64,000 bases of DNA, from positions 91,264,001 to 91,328,000 of the forward strand of contig CM097888.1 of the NCBI GenBank assembly GCA_044892525.1. The letters are read 5' to 3'. Each line of letters starts with the position of its first letter. The first letter of the stretch is position 1. The position numbers and the translations under genes were made by a program. Below are positions 39,963-53,768 of this stretch, piece after piece. The stretch comes from Schmidtea polychroa (lineage: Eukaryota). The notes below the pieces were generated by a model. The model saw only the letters and a list, made by a program, of their open reading frames with translations. It was not told where the DNA came from and made no database searches.

Positions 39963-40913
39963 CTGTAAAATCAATACCAATTTTCCTCAAATTATAAATT
40001 AATTTACTAAAATATTAACTATTAATTTATTTTCTTTGACAGTATTTATATTATAAATTTGAATAATTCCACAAACGGTTTCCATGACATTTCCGAATCA
40101 TTGATTAGGAAAAACAAATTATTTCATTGATTATTTATTTGGAAATCGATTGAAATTCTTGCTTCGGTTTCGTTTGATCCGATTAAATCTTCATGAACAA
40201 ATTCTCGATAGAGAGGGTTAATTATGATTGTCTGATTCCACAATTGCGGCTGCGCTCCCTCTTTTGATTGGTCATTGAAACTTTTTCTATAGTTGACCAA
40301 CTTTGGCAACTTTGATCCCATGATCGAAAATGTTGGTTATTTGAATTTTTCAGCGCTAACTCGACTTACTTATTCAACAGTAGTCAGATTATTGGATCAA
40401 AAGTCAATTTGAAAATCTTAGAGATTTGAAAATTATTTTATCTAATCTTTTGATGATAAAATATTATATTAATTAATATTATATTAATAAATTCATTATT
40501 GTCAACAAAAAGATTACTATAAGTGACTTTGATATATAACATAATTCTCGTTAGTCTTCCNNNNNNNNNNNNNNNNNNNNNNNNNNNNNNNNNNNNNNNN
40601 NNNNNNNNNNNNNNNNNNNNNNNNNNNNNNNNNNNNNNNNNNNNNNNNNNNNNNNNNNNNNNNNNNNNNNNNNNNNNNNNNNNNNNNNNNNNNNNNNNNN
40701 NNNNNNNNNNNNNNNNNNNNNNNNNNNNNNNAATCTTCAACTGAAATGTTAATGAATTTGAAATTCATTCAATTCTTAGATTTGTGTTCACTAGATTGAA
40801 CCTGTCCTTTGGGATTCGAATCAATTCGCAGACCGCTTCTGACTCTCTCTCTCAGTGAATTCCGGTTGATTGATTATCTCCGTTCAACTAGTCAATGATT
40901 GAATCACTAAGAG

Positions 40914-41218
40914 CAGGGGTGGCCAACCTTTTTGGTAAAAGGGACATTACAATATTTTTGAATAATGCGGCGGGCCGCAGGTTTGAAAGGCGTAAATTTT
41001 TAACTAATGCTTCTGTGCTAATTCCAACTAAGGAACAGGAGAAGCGCAGTAATAGCCCGTAGTGGGGTCTGAGATTTTTATAGTTTGTATTGTAATTATT
41101 AACTATATATTCTTTGTGTTGCATTTATTACATTTTTTTGTATTATATCGTATTTTAAAAAGTTTTTATTATATTTTCAAAATATTAAAGCATGCGGGCC
41201 GCCGGTTGGCCACTCCTG
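40914..41218. mobile_element. hAT-type MITE
   Basis: TIRs caggggtggccaacc / ggttggccactcctg; perfect 8-bp TSD actaagag. Confidence 0.92.
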
Positions 41219-41663
41219 ACTAAGAGTGTTTCATGTCACATTTCATCGATTTTATCTACTAACGCTTCAGCAACATGCAATGTTATTAAAATAAATTCAT
41301 CAGAATTCGGAAGAACATTTGGATTCAAATCAGCATTATTCAAAGATTGTACTTTATCCATAATTTTGTATCATACACTAAATTGTATTGGCAAATGCTA
41401 AATTTTCAGAAAATAATTTTCGATATTCAACATTTCACGTTGAGAATGAAAAAATGAATGTAACTTACTTTTTCAAACTTTTATTAATCGAAAATTCCAA
41501 CAAATTTGAAAACACGATATGAAAATAAATAATTCCAGAAATTTCGATAAAATGACAAAAAATCAACAAAGCACTGGAAAGAAGCGCACACACAGACCTG
41601 ACAACACGAACAAAAAAGAGCACACACACAATTTTTAAACGCGCACAGAGAAGCAATACACCC

Positions 41664-42298
41664 AATTCCTAATTATAAAAGTTTCTATAATCTAAAAAAT
41701 CGATAAAGTTATAGTATAGGAACACACAAACTTATGTGTGTGTAAAAATTTAATGTTTCAAAACTTAAAAGTTTTTATATAGAAATTGAGAAAGTGGCAG
41801 AAAAATAAATTTACATACAAACACAGCACACATAATAAAAGATACATGCAAATTTTTAGAGCGTTTTTCTCTATAAAATTTTAAGATGATTAACATATTG
41901 TTAACATATTATTTTCAAAATATTAAAAATTCATGGGAAAAGAAATTTTGATTTTGAATCGGACAACTCTAATTTGAGCTGTAGATAAAAACACGATAAA
42001 ACATCGTTTTTAAAATAATTTTAAATTTAATATTTCTTTAGATTTTTGGATATTAATCTGCAAACGCTGCCTTTTGCGAAGTTGAAGATCTGACAATGTA
42101 AGATTTATTCATTAAATTACAAATAATTAAAATATTTGACAGTATATGAGATATTTCTTGTCAAACACTGTCTTTGTGGGAAGGTAAAATTCAAAAATTG
42201 AACAAGGTCCTTCGCTATCTTTGGATTTGCAGAAAAGATTTCGAAAATCGAAAATTTTAATAATTTATTTATAAAAAATAATATTTTCATAGAATTAA
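41664..42298. repeat. Truncated second copy of the 36222-37045 element (direct orientation)
   Basis: Colinear similarity to about 36245-36865 (aaaagtttctataatctaaaaa..., ggacaactcta, gaagatctgacaatgtaa, ttggatttgcag, atattttcatagaatt). The right TIR is absent. Confidence 0.8.
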
Positions 42299-42882
42299 AT
42301 AATATGAAAAAATTTGTTGAAAATTATGAAGAATTTGAATGATTACTTAGAATCAACAAAAAAGCGATTGGAACAATAATTTACAGATATAAAACAATTG
42401 GAGAAATTTTACATTTTACTTATATTATATCAAAATAATTCTAAAGATAATTTCATAAAAATCCTAAAAAATCTGAAAATTAATTAAAAATAATTTATAA
42501 TACAAATGTTGACTAAAAGTAATATTTAGGAGCTTGAAAAATATTCTCATAATAAAAATTCAAGTCTTAAAAGTTACTTGAAAATCATTTATAAAATTGA
42601 ATAAAGTTACGAACTTCATTTTCTCATAAACGGTGAGTCTCAACTGGTGTACACACTAACATGTATTAAAGAATCTTTTATATTTCGGAATTAGATTTAG
42701 GCTCAAACAAACGCAATTAGCCGAAACAATAATAATAATAGTGGAAATGTCAAAAAAGCCAGTGCAAAAAATTCGTGAATATCAAAAAAAAAATATTGAT
42801 ATCTTTATTGATTCATAGTCAAGCTTTTTAATAAATTGGATCAATTGAAAAGAAATCAGTGGTGAAAATTGAAAGAAGTTCT

Positions 42883-42883
<1 letters not shown>

Positions 42884-42948
<65 letters not shown>
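42884..42948. repeat. (AAT)n microsatellite
   Basis: About 21 uninterrupted aat units. Confidence 0.95.
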
Positions 42949-42949
<1 letters not shown>

Positions 42950-43629
42950 GAAAATATAACATTGCTATATATTTCAACCATTTAACAGTCTTCTTCCGAT
43001 CAACATTCGTATTAATAACAACTAAATAAAAATAAGAATATTCAAAGAAATTAACAAATAATAATCGTAATCAAATTGAATCAAACAAAAAATATTTTCT
43101 TTTTAATTTATAATATAAAAATTGTTTTAATTTTTAAAAAACAGACAAAATTATTAACAAACTCATACAAAAATATTCTTAAAATTAACATAAAACAAAA
43201 AAATTAATTTAATCTAAATTTAAAAATTGTTTTCATACAAAACATTTAACAAACAATAATATCATCCCAAATATTAAAATATACAAGTTAAATTATTTAA
43301 ATACATTTAAATTCACGGTAGACTGAGTACTTTGAATATTAATTATAGGATTTAAAGATTTAATTATCAACGTCTTTCACATTACTCGTTCCCAGTAATT
43401 ACTCAAACTCTTCGACAAGAACTTATTTTTTTACTGGTACACTTCCTAAAGTTATCACTAATATGGGTTAGTCCATTCCATCGGCAATGCTCAAGAACTT
43501 AAGTGCGGAGATAATGGGCAGTCATATTAAGAGGTTAAATAACTTAATGAGATTATATGGTCTTTATAAATTTGACGTTAAGAATACTATATTAAATATG
43601 AGCAAAATTGTTTTGTCGAAGCAGGAAGA

Positions 43630-43990
43630 ACAGACTACCTAAACTTCATAACGTGGGTATGCCAATGAGACCGGTCTTGTCGATGGTAGGAACTGCTCAA
43701 TACTAAATTGCAAAGTTTTTGGATGGGTTATTAAGACCTTTAATGATTACTTATTTTGAATGTAAGGATGGATTTGAATTTTCAACGTTTATTGCAAAGC
43801 TGAATAAAAAAGTATAGATGAATTTATGGTATCATTCGACGTGTATAGTTTTTTCACGAATGTCCTATTATTAGAAACGATTGATTTATGTAGCAAGATG
43901 TGAAAAGAAAATTTTATCGAACATGAGAAAGTTGATGAGATTGCTTTTCGTAAATTTCTTGAATTTTCAATGTTGAATGTGAATTTATTG
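43630..43990 (+). mobile_element. Penelope-like retroelement RT fragment (pseudogene)
   Basis: RLPKLHNVGMPMRPVLSMVGTAQY*IAKFLDGLL, then MVSFDVYSFFTNV..LETIDL. These match the PLE motifs GLPKxHK.G.PLRPIVS and SFDV.SLFTNVP. In-frame stops present. Confidence 0.85.
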
Positions 43991-44129
43991 GTCTTTATAC
44001 TACTCCCGAGAGCTTTTGCGAATATAAATATAAGTGAAATATGGTGAGAGAATTCGTTTTTTGTGCATGGTCTTTATTATCCACGTTTATCAATTCAGTG
44101 AAAAGCATTGATTTCGACAAAGTCATTTT

Positions 44130-44780
44130 ACCACCGGGCACTACAATTGAAGATCCAATTGGCTCTTCGTTTAATTTTCCAGATAAGTTATTGTCCGTAA
44201 TAACAGACATGACAAATAAGGAAGCTATCTAAGTACACACAAAAAATCAATATAAAAAACAGTCGAAACTAATTGATAATATTGAGATAGGGACATTTAT
44301 TGGGGTGTTGTTGAAAGTTGGTCATCTAAAATCGTCAGATGCGAGTATTGACCGATTATGGAGTAAAAATTACTGACCTCCAATTTATCGAGCGATCATG
44401 TTCAAAAATAGATATCACAAAATTTGTCGATTTATTAGATTCTATAATAAAAATTCACTAAATGAAATACGTGCCAATGATAAACTTGCACATATCAGAG
44501 ACTTGTGGGAACGAATACATATTAATTTGGGAAGAATTTTCGACAATTTTTGACTTCACAAAAACCTCACTTTGGTGTCATATGTGCCACGAAATGGATG
44601 TGATTGTGAAAGAAGATAAACAGAAACCGGAAATGATAATTGAGTATAACAAAACGAAAGAAAATACTGATCTTATGGACAAAATTCTAAAAACTTAAAC
44701 ATACAAAAGACAAACAGATGGCCAGTAGCATATTTTATGAATATTTTAGAATATTTAAAAAGAACGATAGAAGAAATAAA
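44130..44780 (+). mobile_element. piggyBac transposase relic with internal deletion
   Basis: FPDKLLSVITDMTNKEA, EIGTFIGVLLKVG, LWS, YRAIMFKNRYHKICRFIRF, IRDLWE, then KPEMIIEYNKTK..DLMDK and RWP.AYFMNIL. These are PGBD-type motifs with stops and frameshifts. TTAA ends not recognised. Confidence 0.82.
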
Positions 44781-44960
44781 TTTTTCGAAGAAGTTAGTGA
44801 GTCACTAATTTTACCGAATTTGACAGCATCAACACTTACGTAACAAAGACTTGAAAGAATCAATTAGTTTTATAAACTGTTCAATTGGAAAGAAATACGA
44901 AAATTCTTCGATACCTTCAACTTCATCAGAAAAGAAACGAACTAAGCAATGCCATTAGAA

Positions 44961-45378
44961 TTGCCAACTCCCACAACCTCGAACCCTGGAGATTATAAAA
45001 TTGCGAACAGTATAACGCTTAAGAAATAATAAAATAGGTGTTTTTTCCACTATTTTCTTTTACACTGTGTATACCAAAAAGTGAAACAAACCTGACAGTA
45101 ACGAACTAATAACCTGGGTAAGAAGAAAAACTTAAAATCACTCGCCGCGACCAAACAACTTAAACTTCCGGTGACTGTGAGCATAAATAAATCTTGACTA
45201 TCATTATTTTAGAGAAATCAAATAAAAGTTAAAACTTCAAAAACTGCTCTTATTTCTTGAAAAATTGTAAAATATTGTAAAAAGGGAAAGACGGGAGATT
45301 TATATCTCCCGGGTCATAGTTAACCAAGAGACGAACGCCGATTCCGGGAGACTCCGACAAAAACGGGAGAGTTGGCAA
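44961..45378. mobile_element. Unclassified DNA-transposon MITE
   Basis: Imperfect TIRs ttgccaactccc / gggagagttggcaa with internal cgggaga repeats; TSD unclear. Confidence 0.5.
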
Positions 45379-45639
45379 GCGTAAATGCCATTAATGTGAG
45401 AGAGAAAAAAGAATATTCCATTGTTGTATACGTTGCACTCAAAAAACATGTAATAATCATGCTAAAATGATTTGTGATAAATGTTTGAATCAATAAAAAA
45501 AGAATTGAAAATAATAGTTTTATTTTGTATTTTTAATTGAATATCAAGCTTATTTTGTTAATTAATTAATTAACACACTTTTATTTACTGAAAATAAATA
45601 AAATATAAGTAAAAAATCTAAGTTTTAATTTAAAATATC

Positions 45640-45876
45640 CAGCGGCGGAACTTCAAAATTTGGGCCCCCGCGCAATGTAAAATATTTCCACTTAAATCTT
45701 TCGGTTAAAGTTTAATACATAGTTATTCACAGCAGCCGCTATTCAATGATAGTTTTATGTTTGTAGGCAAATATAACTGCGGGGAAAAAAGTTCAGAAAA
45801 TGATTGTAAATATATTTTTAGTAATAATTTTGGGCCCCCGCAACGCAGGGTCCTGCGTCCACTAGTTACGCCACTG
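45640..45876. mobile_element. hAT-type MITE
   Basis: TIRs cagcggcggaact / agttacgccactg; perfect 8-bp TSD aaaatatc. Confidence 0.9.
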
Positions 45877-45999
45877 AAAATATCATAATTGATAGTATTA
45901 TTGCATTTAATTATTGCATATAATTGATACCGGCCTCTTACGCCGCTAGATGTAGGATGACTGACAAAACATTAGTATGAGGTTAACCGTTAACAATGT

Positions 46000-47280
46000 A
46001 TACTTTTAAGTATGTATATCTGGAATATTTAGATTTTTATATGTCCTTTCCATTTTACATTGATATTTTACATTTGTATAGATGCTAACTGATTTTGATA
46101 TTTTGTAGAAGTTTAATTTAGATGACAAGTTCGCAGATTCTGCATTTTGATCATTTGGTAAAACTTGTCCATGGTCTAGATTTGATTTGCGATCTTTAAC
46201 AATGAAAATCAATAGCTGACCTACAAATAGCGAATACTGCATAAAATAACTTTTGCTGCCTTATTAAGCTGCAAATCGATAGAGGTATTTGCAAAGCACC
46301 ATTAACTTCAAAGTTGCTACCTAATCAACTATTATCAGAATGCAAATTCAAATGATAATTTTTGACTATTATTCTTTAGTGGATCAGATGGAGAAATTCG
46401 AGGAAGACGTCACCCGATAAAATCCGTAAGTAAGCCAAACGGATCATTGAGATGCTAGCAGGGTTATATATGTATGTGGGTGTGAGACAAAATCCTGTGA
46501 ATTCAAAATTATCTCCTCCCTTGATATACTATTCATTTTCAAGACTTTGTGGCAACCTTTGTAAAATTTGAGGTTGTAATATTAACGATTTACCTAATTT
46601 TGCAACTGACATCTAGATCATAGTGAGCCAAGAAATCTGCTTACATTATTGGTCTACTAGTGTTTGCTATTGCAAATATCCATTCGAATAATTGTCGAAA
46701 ACCTTCAACTTTATGGTGATATCACTGTCCCCATAATACACAATGATGAAGCTGTTGGCACTGATTAGATTTCAATTTTCATTAAATAAAAGATTAGGTT
46801 CAAAGATTTTTGATGGCAATATACTCGCATCCGTGCCCGAGTTTAAAAGGAAATCGAAGCTGCTGTGGGCTGGAGTGATCTCAAAGGTTTTAGTTACCGA
46901 ATTCATTGGAATGTTTTCTAGTTTCCCAGTTTCTGATTTTCGATCCAAACGTTTTATGATAATATATTTGTCTGGACGATTTATGTGGCCAGCTGGATTT
47001 TATTCCTGCTATTTCGTCTTCTATGTTGTTCATTTCTGGTAGATTGAGAATCGCTTTCTTGGGTTGTGTCGAAAACGATACGAACTGGTAAAATGTGGAT
47101 TACCTGCCACCCAACATTATGAATTACTAGATCGTATGCATAATTTTAATTTGTGAACTTGGATCTGTGTTGTTTAGTCCTAGTAGATTTGATCGTCTTT
47201 GCATAAGACAGTCTCGTGTAATATGTTTTCCAATTTCACCAATTTCTTTTCTGTTGTATTTATTAAACAAGCTTAAAGAC
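46000..47280 (-). mobile_element. Decayed Ty3/Gypsy gag-protease(-pol) fragment
   Basis: Minus strand reads FDFLLNSGTDASILP (degenerate FLxDTGAxxSxLP), LISANSFIIVYYG, then after a frameshift FEWIFAIANTSRPIM*ADFLAHYDLDV (Gypsy protease C-motif F.W.F.VAD...PILGADFL). Multiple stops; no LTRs seen. Confidence 0.75.
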
Positions 47281-47337
47281 TATGAATCAGTAAATATATC
47301 GATGTCAATATGTTTGTGTATGTAGCATAGCATAAAT

Positions 47338-47421
47338 CAGGGGTTTCAAACTCGGTTTATACAGAGGGCCACATTTACTATAATTGCACATCATGTGGGC
47401 CACATAATATATTTTTCTGAT

Positions 47422-47491
<70 letters not shown>

Positions 47492-47708
47492 CGTATCCTG
47501 TTTTTCTGTACCACCGGACACTCTTCGTTTACTTTCCTTCTCTTTAAAAAAATGATTATAAGTTCAGAAAATAAACACAATATAAATAAAAACACGAACA
47601 CTCTACAATACACGCTATTTGGAGTTCTTCCTTTAAATTTTATTTTTAAGTTTTGTTTTGTTTTTTTTGTACTGATATATCAAGTGGGCCGCAAGTTTGA
47701 CATATCTG
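47338..47708. mobile_element. hAT-type MITE containing a (TA)n tract
   Basis: TIRs caggggtttcaaact / agtttgacatatctg; perfect 8-bp TSD gcataaat; (TA)n at about 47431-47489. Confidence 0.9.
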
Positions 47709-48241
47709 GCATAAATCAACGCCTGAATAACAAAATAAGTTAATTTATTAAAAAATTATATACATTGCCAATTCAGTTTTTACATCGTTATTAGTAAATC
47801 ATGCAAAACCTATATGTATAATTTTATGAGTCACACACACTCGTTATGGAAGAGCGTAGTTTACTAGTTTTATTACAATAATTAACATATTTTTTATTTT
47901 TATTTCACAAATATTATTTGTCATAACAAAAAACTTAAACTTAAAATATATTTAAAATTTTTTAGACTTTTTTCTTCAAACAATATTAAATTATCAAATA
48001 TTGGAAATTGGAAAATTTTGATTTTATAATAAAAATCTAAACCTGAAATTCAGCCAATTAAAAAATTGTATTTGTTATAATACTCCAAATTGTTTTCGTA
48101 AAACATAATAATTTTAAATTTCAATATCAAACATAATTAAACAAAGAAACACGCATTTTTATTGAAATTATATCCGATTACTAAAAATCGTCAGTGAACG
48201 GCTGGTATTGATTTTAAATGAGAAAGTAATTCTGGCCGAGT

Positions 48242-51200
48242 ATGACTCAGCCAATTTCTCCAAAATCTGTCAACTATTACCATGGTAGGATTACACGAGA
48301 TCAAGCTGAAGAACTTCTAATGGGTCGCGGTGGTACTGAAAGCTTATTTCTACTTCGAGAAAGTGTCAACAACAATTTCGCTGTATCAATTTGCTTTAAT
48401 AATCGCGTGCATCACTACAATATCGAGCGCCAAATTGATGGAACTTATCAAATACCAACGGGAAGACGGTTCATTGGTCCTATAGAACTTGTTAAGCACC
48501 ATTCACAACATTTGGACGGCTTTCTAACTCTAGCCCGCTATCCTCTAGAGCGATATCCCCCTGGATTATCCTACTTCGTTTTACAAGGTGTTACAGCGTC
48601 AGATTTAGAAGAAAGATTGCGATTGAAAGCAATTCAAATGGGCCTCAAAGTAAGCAGAAAATTACCCAGTATTTACTTAGTATTTACTATTATGTAATCC
48701 CAAATCAATAATTTTATGTTGATTTTAAGTTTTCGTATTTGCAAAACATTAGTATGAATATTAGGAATATTATATCACAATTATGTAATAATTACTAAAA
48801 TGGTTTTCTTATAAAGTGAATAAATTAAGTGTTTCAAAAGAATATTGATCACTCTACTGATCGGATTTAGGAAATCAATTGAATTTAGAAAATCAATATA
48901 ATTAGTAAATTAATATAAATCAATTTTCAACAGGATTGTGGTATATTATTAAATAACATTTGATCATGGTATATTAATTAATAAGTTTCCTTTAGTGTGT
49001 GATCTAAACTAATATCTTATTAAAATCATAAAAATCAGGTCATTTTGTCCATTAATTCACGTGAAAAATGAAGTAAAAGTTTTGTTTGGCTGGACAAGCT
49101 CATACAGAAACATAATAAAAACAATCTAACTTTGAATTTGTTAACTTCTTAAACCATTGAAGATTCTTGATTACTGTCAGGAATCATTTCGGTAGCACTC
49201 TGGTTGAAAATATAATTGAAAAAATAATTGAAAAGTGATAGATTATTTCATATGTAATATTAAAAAAAAATAATTAAATCGATTAAAATATTTTAAACAT
49301 TTGAAGTGCTACAAAAACATTTAAATTGCATTTTGTTGGAAAGATTATTTTCAGCAAAAACTAATTCGAAAAGACATTCATTATATATTTCATTAAATAA
49401 AATAGAATTGTCAATTATTTTTTGCCCCCCACCCCCTCTAAAACCCGGGTCATCATTTCGTATTCCCGAAATTTGTGCATAATCTATTTCACTTTCTGAA
49501 ACTTCAATTTTATCATTGTGGCACAGGTTAATGTTCAAGTCGTCGTGAAATTGTTGAATTTAGATGTTTAAATGCTTTCACCAGCCACAATACTATTTTG
49601 CGAAATCATTAAATCATGCATTAGTTTACTTGAAAAATGTGAAAAAAATAAAAAAAACCCTGAGAATCATCCTGTTTAATATTCACTTCGTTTTGTAAAC
49701 CCGATAACATNNNNNNNNNNNNNNNNNNNNNNNNNNNNNNNNNNNNNNNNNNNNNNNNNNNNNNNNNNNNNNNNNNNNNNNNNNNNNNNNNNNNNNNNNN
49801 NNNNNNNNNNNNNNNNNNNNNNNNNNNNNNNNNNNNNNTTAAAGCTTGACGAAAACTGTCAATTTTTTTGAATTCTTATGTAATTTTGAGCTTTTGGTTA
49901 AATTATATAAAAATAATAGATTCAATTATTTCTGTCTATAATTTGAAAAATAATAATCTGGATTGACAATCTAGAAAAACAATTTTTTGGTCTCCGTTTT
50001 AAAATCCTGTTCACGGACTTCTATAAACCTAGAAACTAATATCATATTAAGATGTTCCCTATTTTGGATAGTGTTATGCAGGAATATAATAAATAAGCAC
50101 GAATACAAACTCCTAGAACTTTCTTCAGAAATATCCGATTCTCCAAATTAGTAAATTAATTTCATGTAATTTATAAAGTTTAATTATTTTTGACATAAAA
50201 ATTTATTCAAATAATTTAAAATTTCTTGGAAGAGGTCGCTGAAAATTTTGATCCCAGAAAAGTGGAAATAGCCTTAAATGGGTTTGGATAACATTAATTT
50301 GGAATAGTTTTACTGATGATGATATAATATAACTTACTAGATTTCTGTTAAGGACAAGAATGCGTGGGCGTTCCTCTTAGTTCTCAGACAAGTAATATTC
50401 ATTCCAGTAAAGGAATAAAAATCGATTTCCCACAACGGATAATAATAGAGTTTTGGAATTCTATTTATAAATTAGAATTTCAGTGATATTTTAAATTTCC
50501 AATTTTCCATTTGCGTTTTACTAATTCGAATTGTTTTTTTATTTTCAATGTGTTAAATTTAAAATAGGAATAAAAGCCCACGAGATTACTAAAAACGATT
50601 TTTTAATTGTCAATAAAAATTTATTGAATAATAAATTATATATTTATCGTCAGTATTGTGACCAATCTATTTTTTAAATCTATATTATAAAGAAATAGCA
50701 TCAAAGAATTTTGTTTGGAATTGTCAACAAATGACTTTCAAAGCTACTTTTAATAGTAAATTTTCATAACTGATATTCTTAAATTCCTTGACATTTTCCG
50801 ATTGTATTGGTCATAAAGAATTGTAGATATCCCACACATTTCTAACACTGTTTAAGTTAGAATGTTCATGGGGTTCGGTTAAAAATTGTTTTTCCGTTTA
50901 AATTTTCAGTTGAAAAACTGAAATAATTGTAAAAATTTCACACTACAATTAAAAAATATATTCTTTAATAAATTAGGTATATCTTTCATGGTACTTTGTG
51001 ATCTATGAAGATTTATACATGAACTTTTAGCAATTCGAATTATTTTTATTTTGACCCATTGGAAATTATGGCACAGTTTATAATTTTATAATTAATTTAA
51101 TAAGGACGTTGATTGTTTTATTGTTTTGTAACTGCTTGGTTGATATATATATATATATATAATAAACTGCAGCGTCGTCATGACTAGACTCGATTATGTC

Positions 51201-53705
51201 CGTAAATCTGCTAATTTTTGCATGACCAATTTTTTCGGTCAAAAAGCATCTTAATATATGCTTGAATTGAAATGATATAAAAATAATAAGCTATTATAAT
51301 TTCATAAATTATTTGAATGTTATTTACAAAAATGTTTTAAATGAGATCAAAACTATTCCATCAGATCTTACATAGACCCAGCATGTAAAATATTTGATTA
51401 TACAGAGTCACATTTAAATATCTCTTCATAGCATTGCCCGTTCATTCATCAACAGTGATGTCATACTTTGTATCCGTTTCATAATACAATTCTTGTTTCT
51501 TGATTTCATAGAATAAAATTATCAGTTTGGTTGACAGTGGTTACGCTTTTTGGCATTGGATAGCCCCGCTTATGAATGAACTTGCGAATTGCACCGGACT
51601 TTGTTATTATTCATGCTGACATTCCGCCTTTAGCGGTACATTTTGTACAGAATTCCACCAATGTTTCACGTTTTAAGAATGTGTCAAGCACTGGTGGCTC
51701 AGAAGTAGGAGTATACTCGGTTTTGGTTTTGATGAGTATTCTTAGTATTGTTTTCATATGAGTGATAAACGTAGAAATGCTAGAACTCTTGCATTTGATG
51801 ACTGCATTACATGTATTGCATTTCTTTTTGTCAATCGTCTCTTGAAAAATAATTACAGGCAACAGGCATTGGTTTTGGCATATTACTGTTTTGGAAAAAT
51901 GGCATTTAATTAAAAAATAAGTAGATATATTTAGTAATTTTTAAATATAACAAGTTTTCATATTTAATTTTAATTTGTGCAAATGAATTTTCTGTTTAAT
52001 ATTCAATTAAAATTTATCAATAAACTTTAATTTTGAAATTTAACGTGACAAATAAAAATTGTTTTACAATTTTTTTCATTTGTTTGAAAACCGTGAAAAC
52101 CCGACCGAAAACCATTGGATTAATTATCAAAATCTCAATATACACCTGTAGTCAAATCAGCACTGACAACCCCGATAAATCGCATATTTTAATTATAAAT
52201 TACGTTAAAACAATTATTATTTGGATCTGTAACATGGAAAGAATTTTTAATTTCTATTTCTTTTTTTAATTTTATAAGACTAAATCAATAAATTTACATT
52301 CTACACAAATTCCTGGCACAATTGCTAAAGATTTTATATATTTGGAATTGATTAAATAATAGTCTCATAAAAACCGCCAACCCACAATTCACATTGTCAT
52401 AGTAACGGTGTTGGATTTTCATGATTTTATGGAATGTCTATCTGCGAGAGAAGTAGATAAACATTCAATAAATGGCATTTGTGGGCGCCGAACGAGCCCG
52501 AAGAAATCAAATCGAATTCCGAACCAAGTTTCACATAAATATTATCGGCTATTTTACAATTTATTTGACTGCTGATTCATCAGCACCGGTGGATATTTCA
52601 GAAAATATTTATTAGAGAATCGAAAGTAATTTTTAACTAATAGAATAATCCCTGTTAGGAGTCTTGATGAAACATTAAACACATAATAAAATGTGTTTAT
52701 GCGATAGATTTGCTGCTGGAAATTGAACATTAATTAAATTATTATCGATTCAGTCAGCGATACCTAATAAGTGCTTGATCCACCAAGCACTTCTGTCGTT
52801 CACTTTTTTATTAATTTTCTTTTTTTCTCTTTATAAAAATATTAAATGGGTACAATTAGTGCGTTTTTAAAAAAATTATTGGCTGTAACTTTCCTTCTAA
52901 CGGGGGAATAAATATTTGATTTATATAATTTATTAATTCGATTATTTCAACATCACTTAAGACTCATTATTTGCTTCACGCGCAACAATAAAAAGGATTC
53001 TTATGGAAATTGATTTCCTGCAAATTCTCTTGCCCATAAATTTATCAAAAAAAGATATTTTCGTTGGTGACTAGTAAATAGTTAAGAATAAAATACATTT
53101 TTGGCACCACTTTATCGCTTACGCTATTGATAACAAAAAAAAATCTTTATTTTCAATCAATGATTAAAAAATGAAATGAAAAATTCTAATTATTATATGA
53201 ATATAATTAATAAATTTCTATTAACTAATTTCCAATCAATATAAATTTAATATTTTTATTTTCACTTGATTTAATATTTTACTAATTCTTTAACATTTAA
53301 AATCTCTTTAAAAATCTGTATTAAAAATAATGCCAAAATTTTATAAAATTTAACAACAAAAAATTATTCTCTTTCTCTTTTGTTTTTACGGTTAGAATTT
53401 ATCGCATTGCATTTTCTACTAACAAACAAAGCTGTTTTTTTTGTTTAAATGAACGTGAAGAAATTTCACTGAATAATATTTATTGACGTATATTCTCTTT
53501 GTAGGAATTATCATTTTGCGTTAGAAAATAAAAGGAATGCAAACTTGGTGATGCTAATTTATAGATACTTGGAACTTATTTTTCTGATGGTAGGAGGTAA
53601 CATACAAACTTATAGTAATTTTCACTGAATTATTGAATGTACGCGCTATTTCTTCTGCCAGCATGCATTAGAATTTGGAATCGAACATGATCATTATTAA
53701 TTACA

Positions 53706-53768
<63 letters not shown>

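Noticed and set aside
39703-40002. Overlapping ORFs at 39703-39990, 39771-39980 and 39784-40002
   Set aside because: Shadow frames of the purine-rich acidic tail of the tetraspanin exon.
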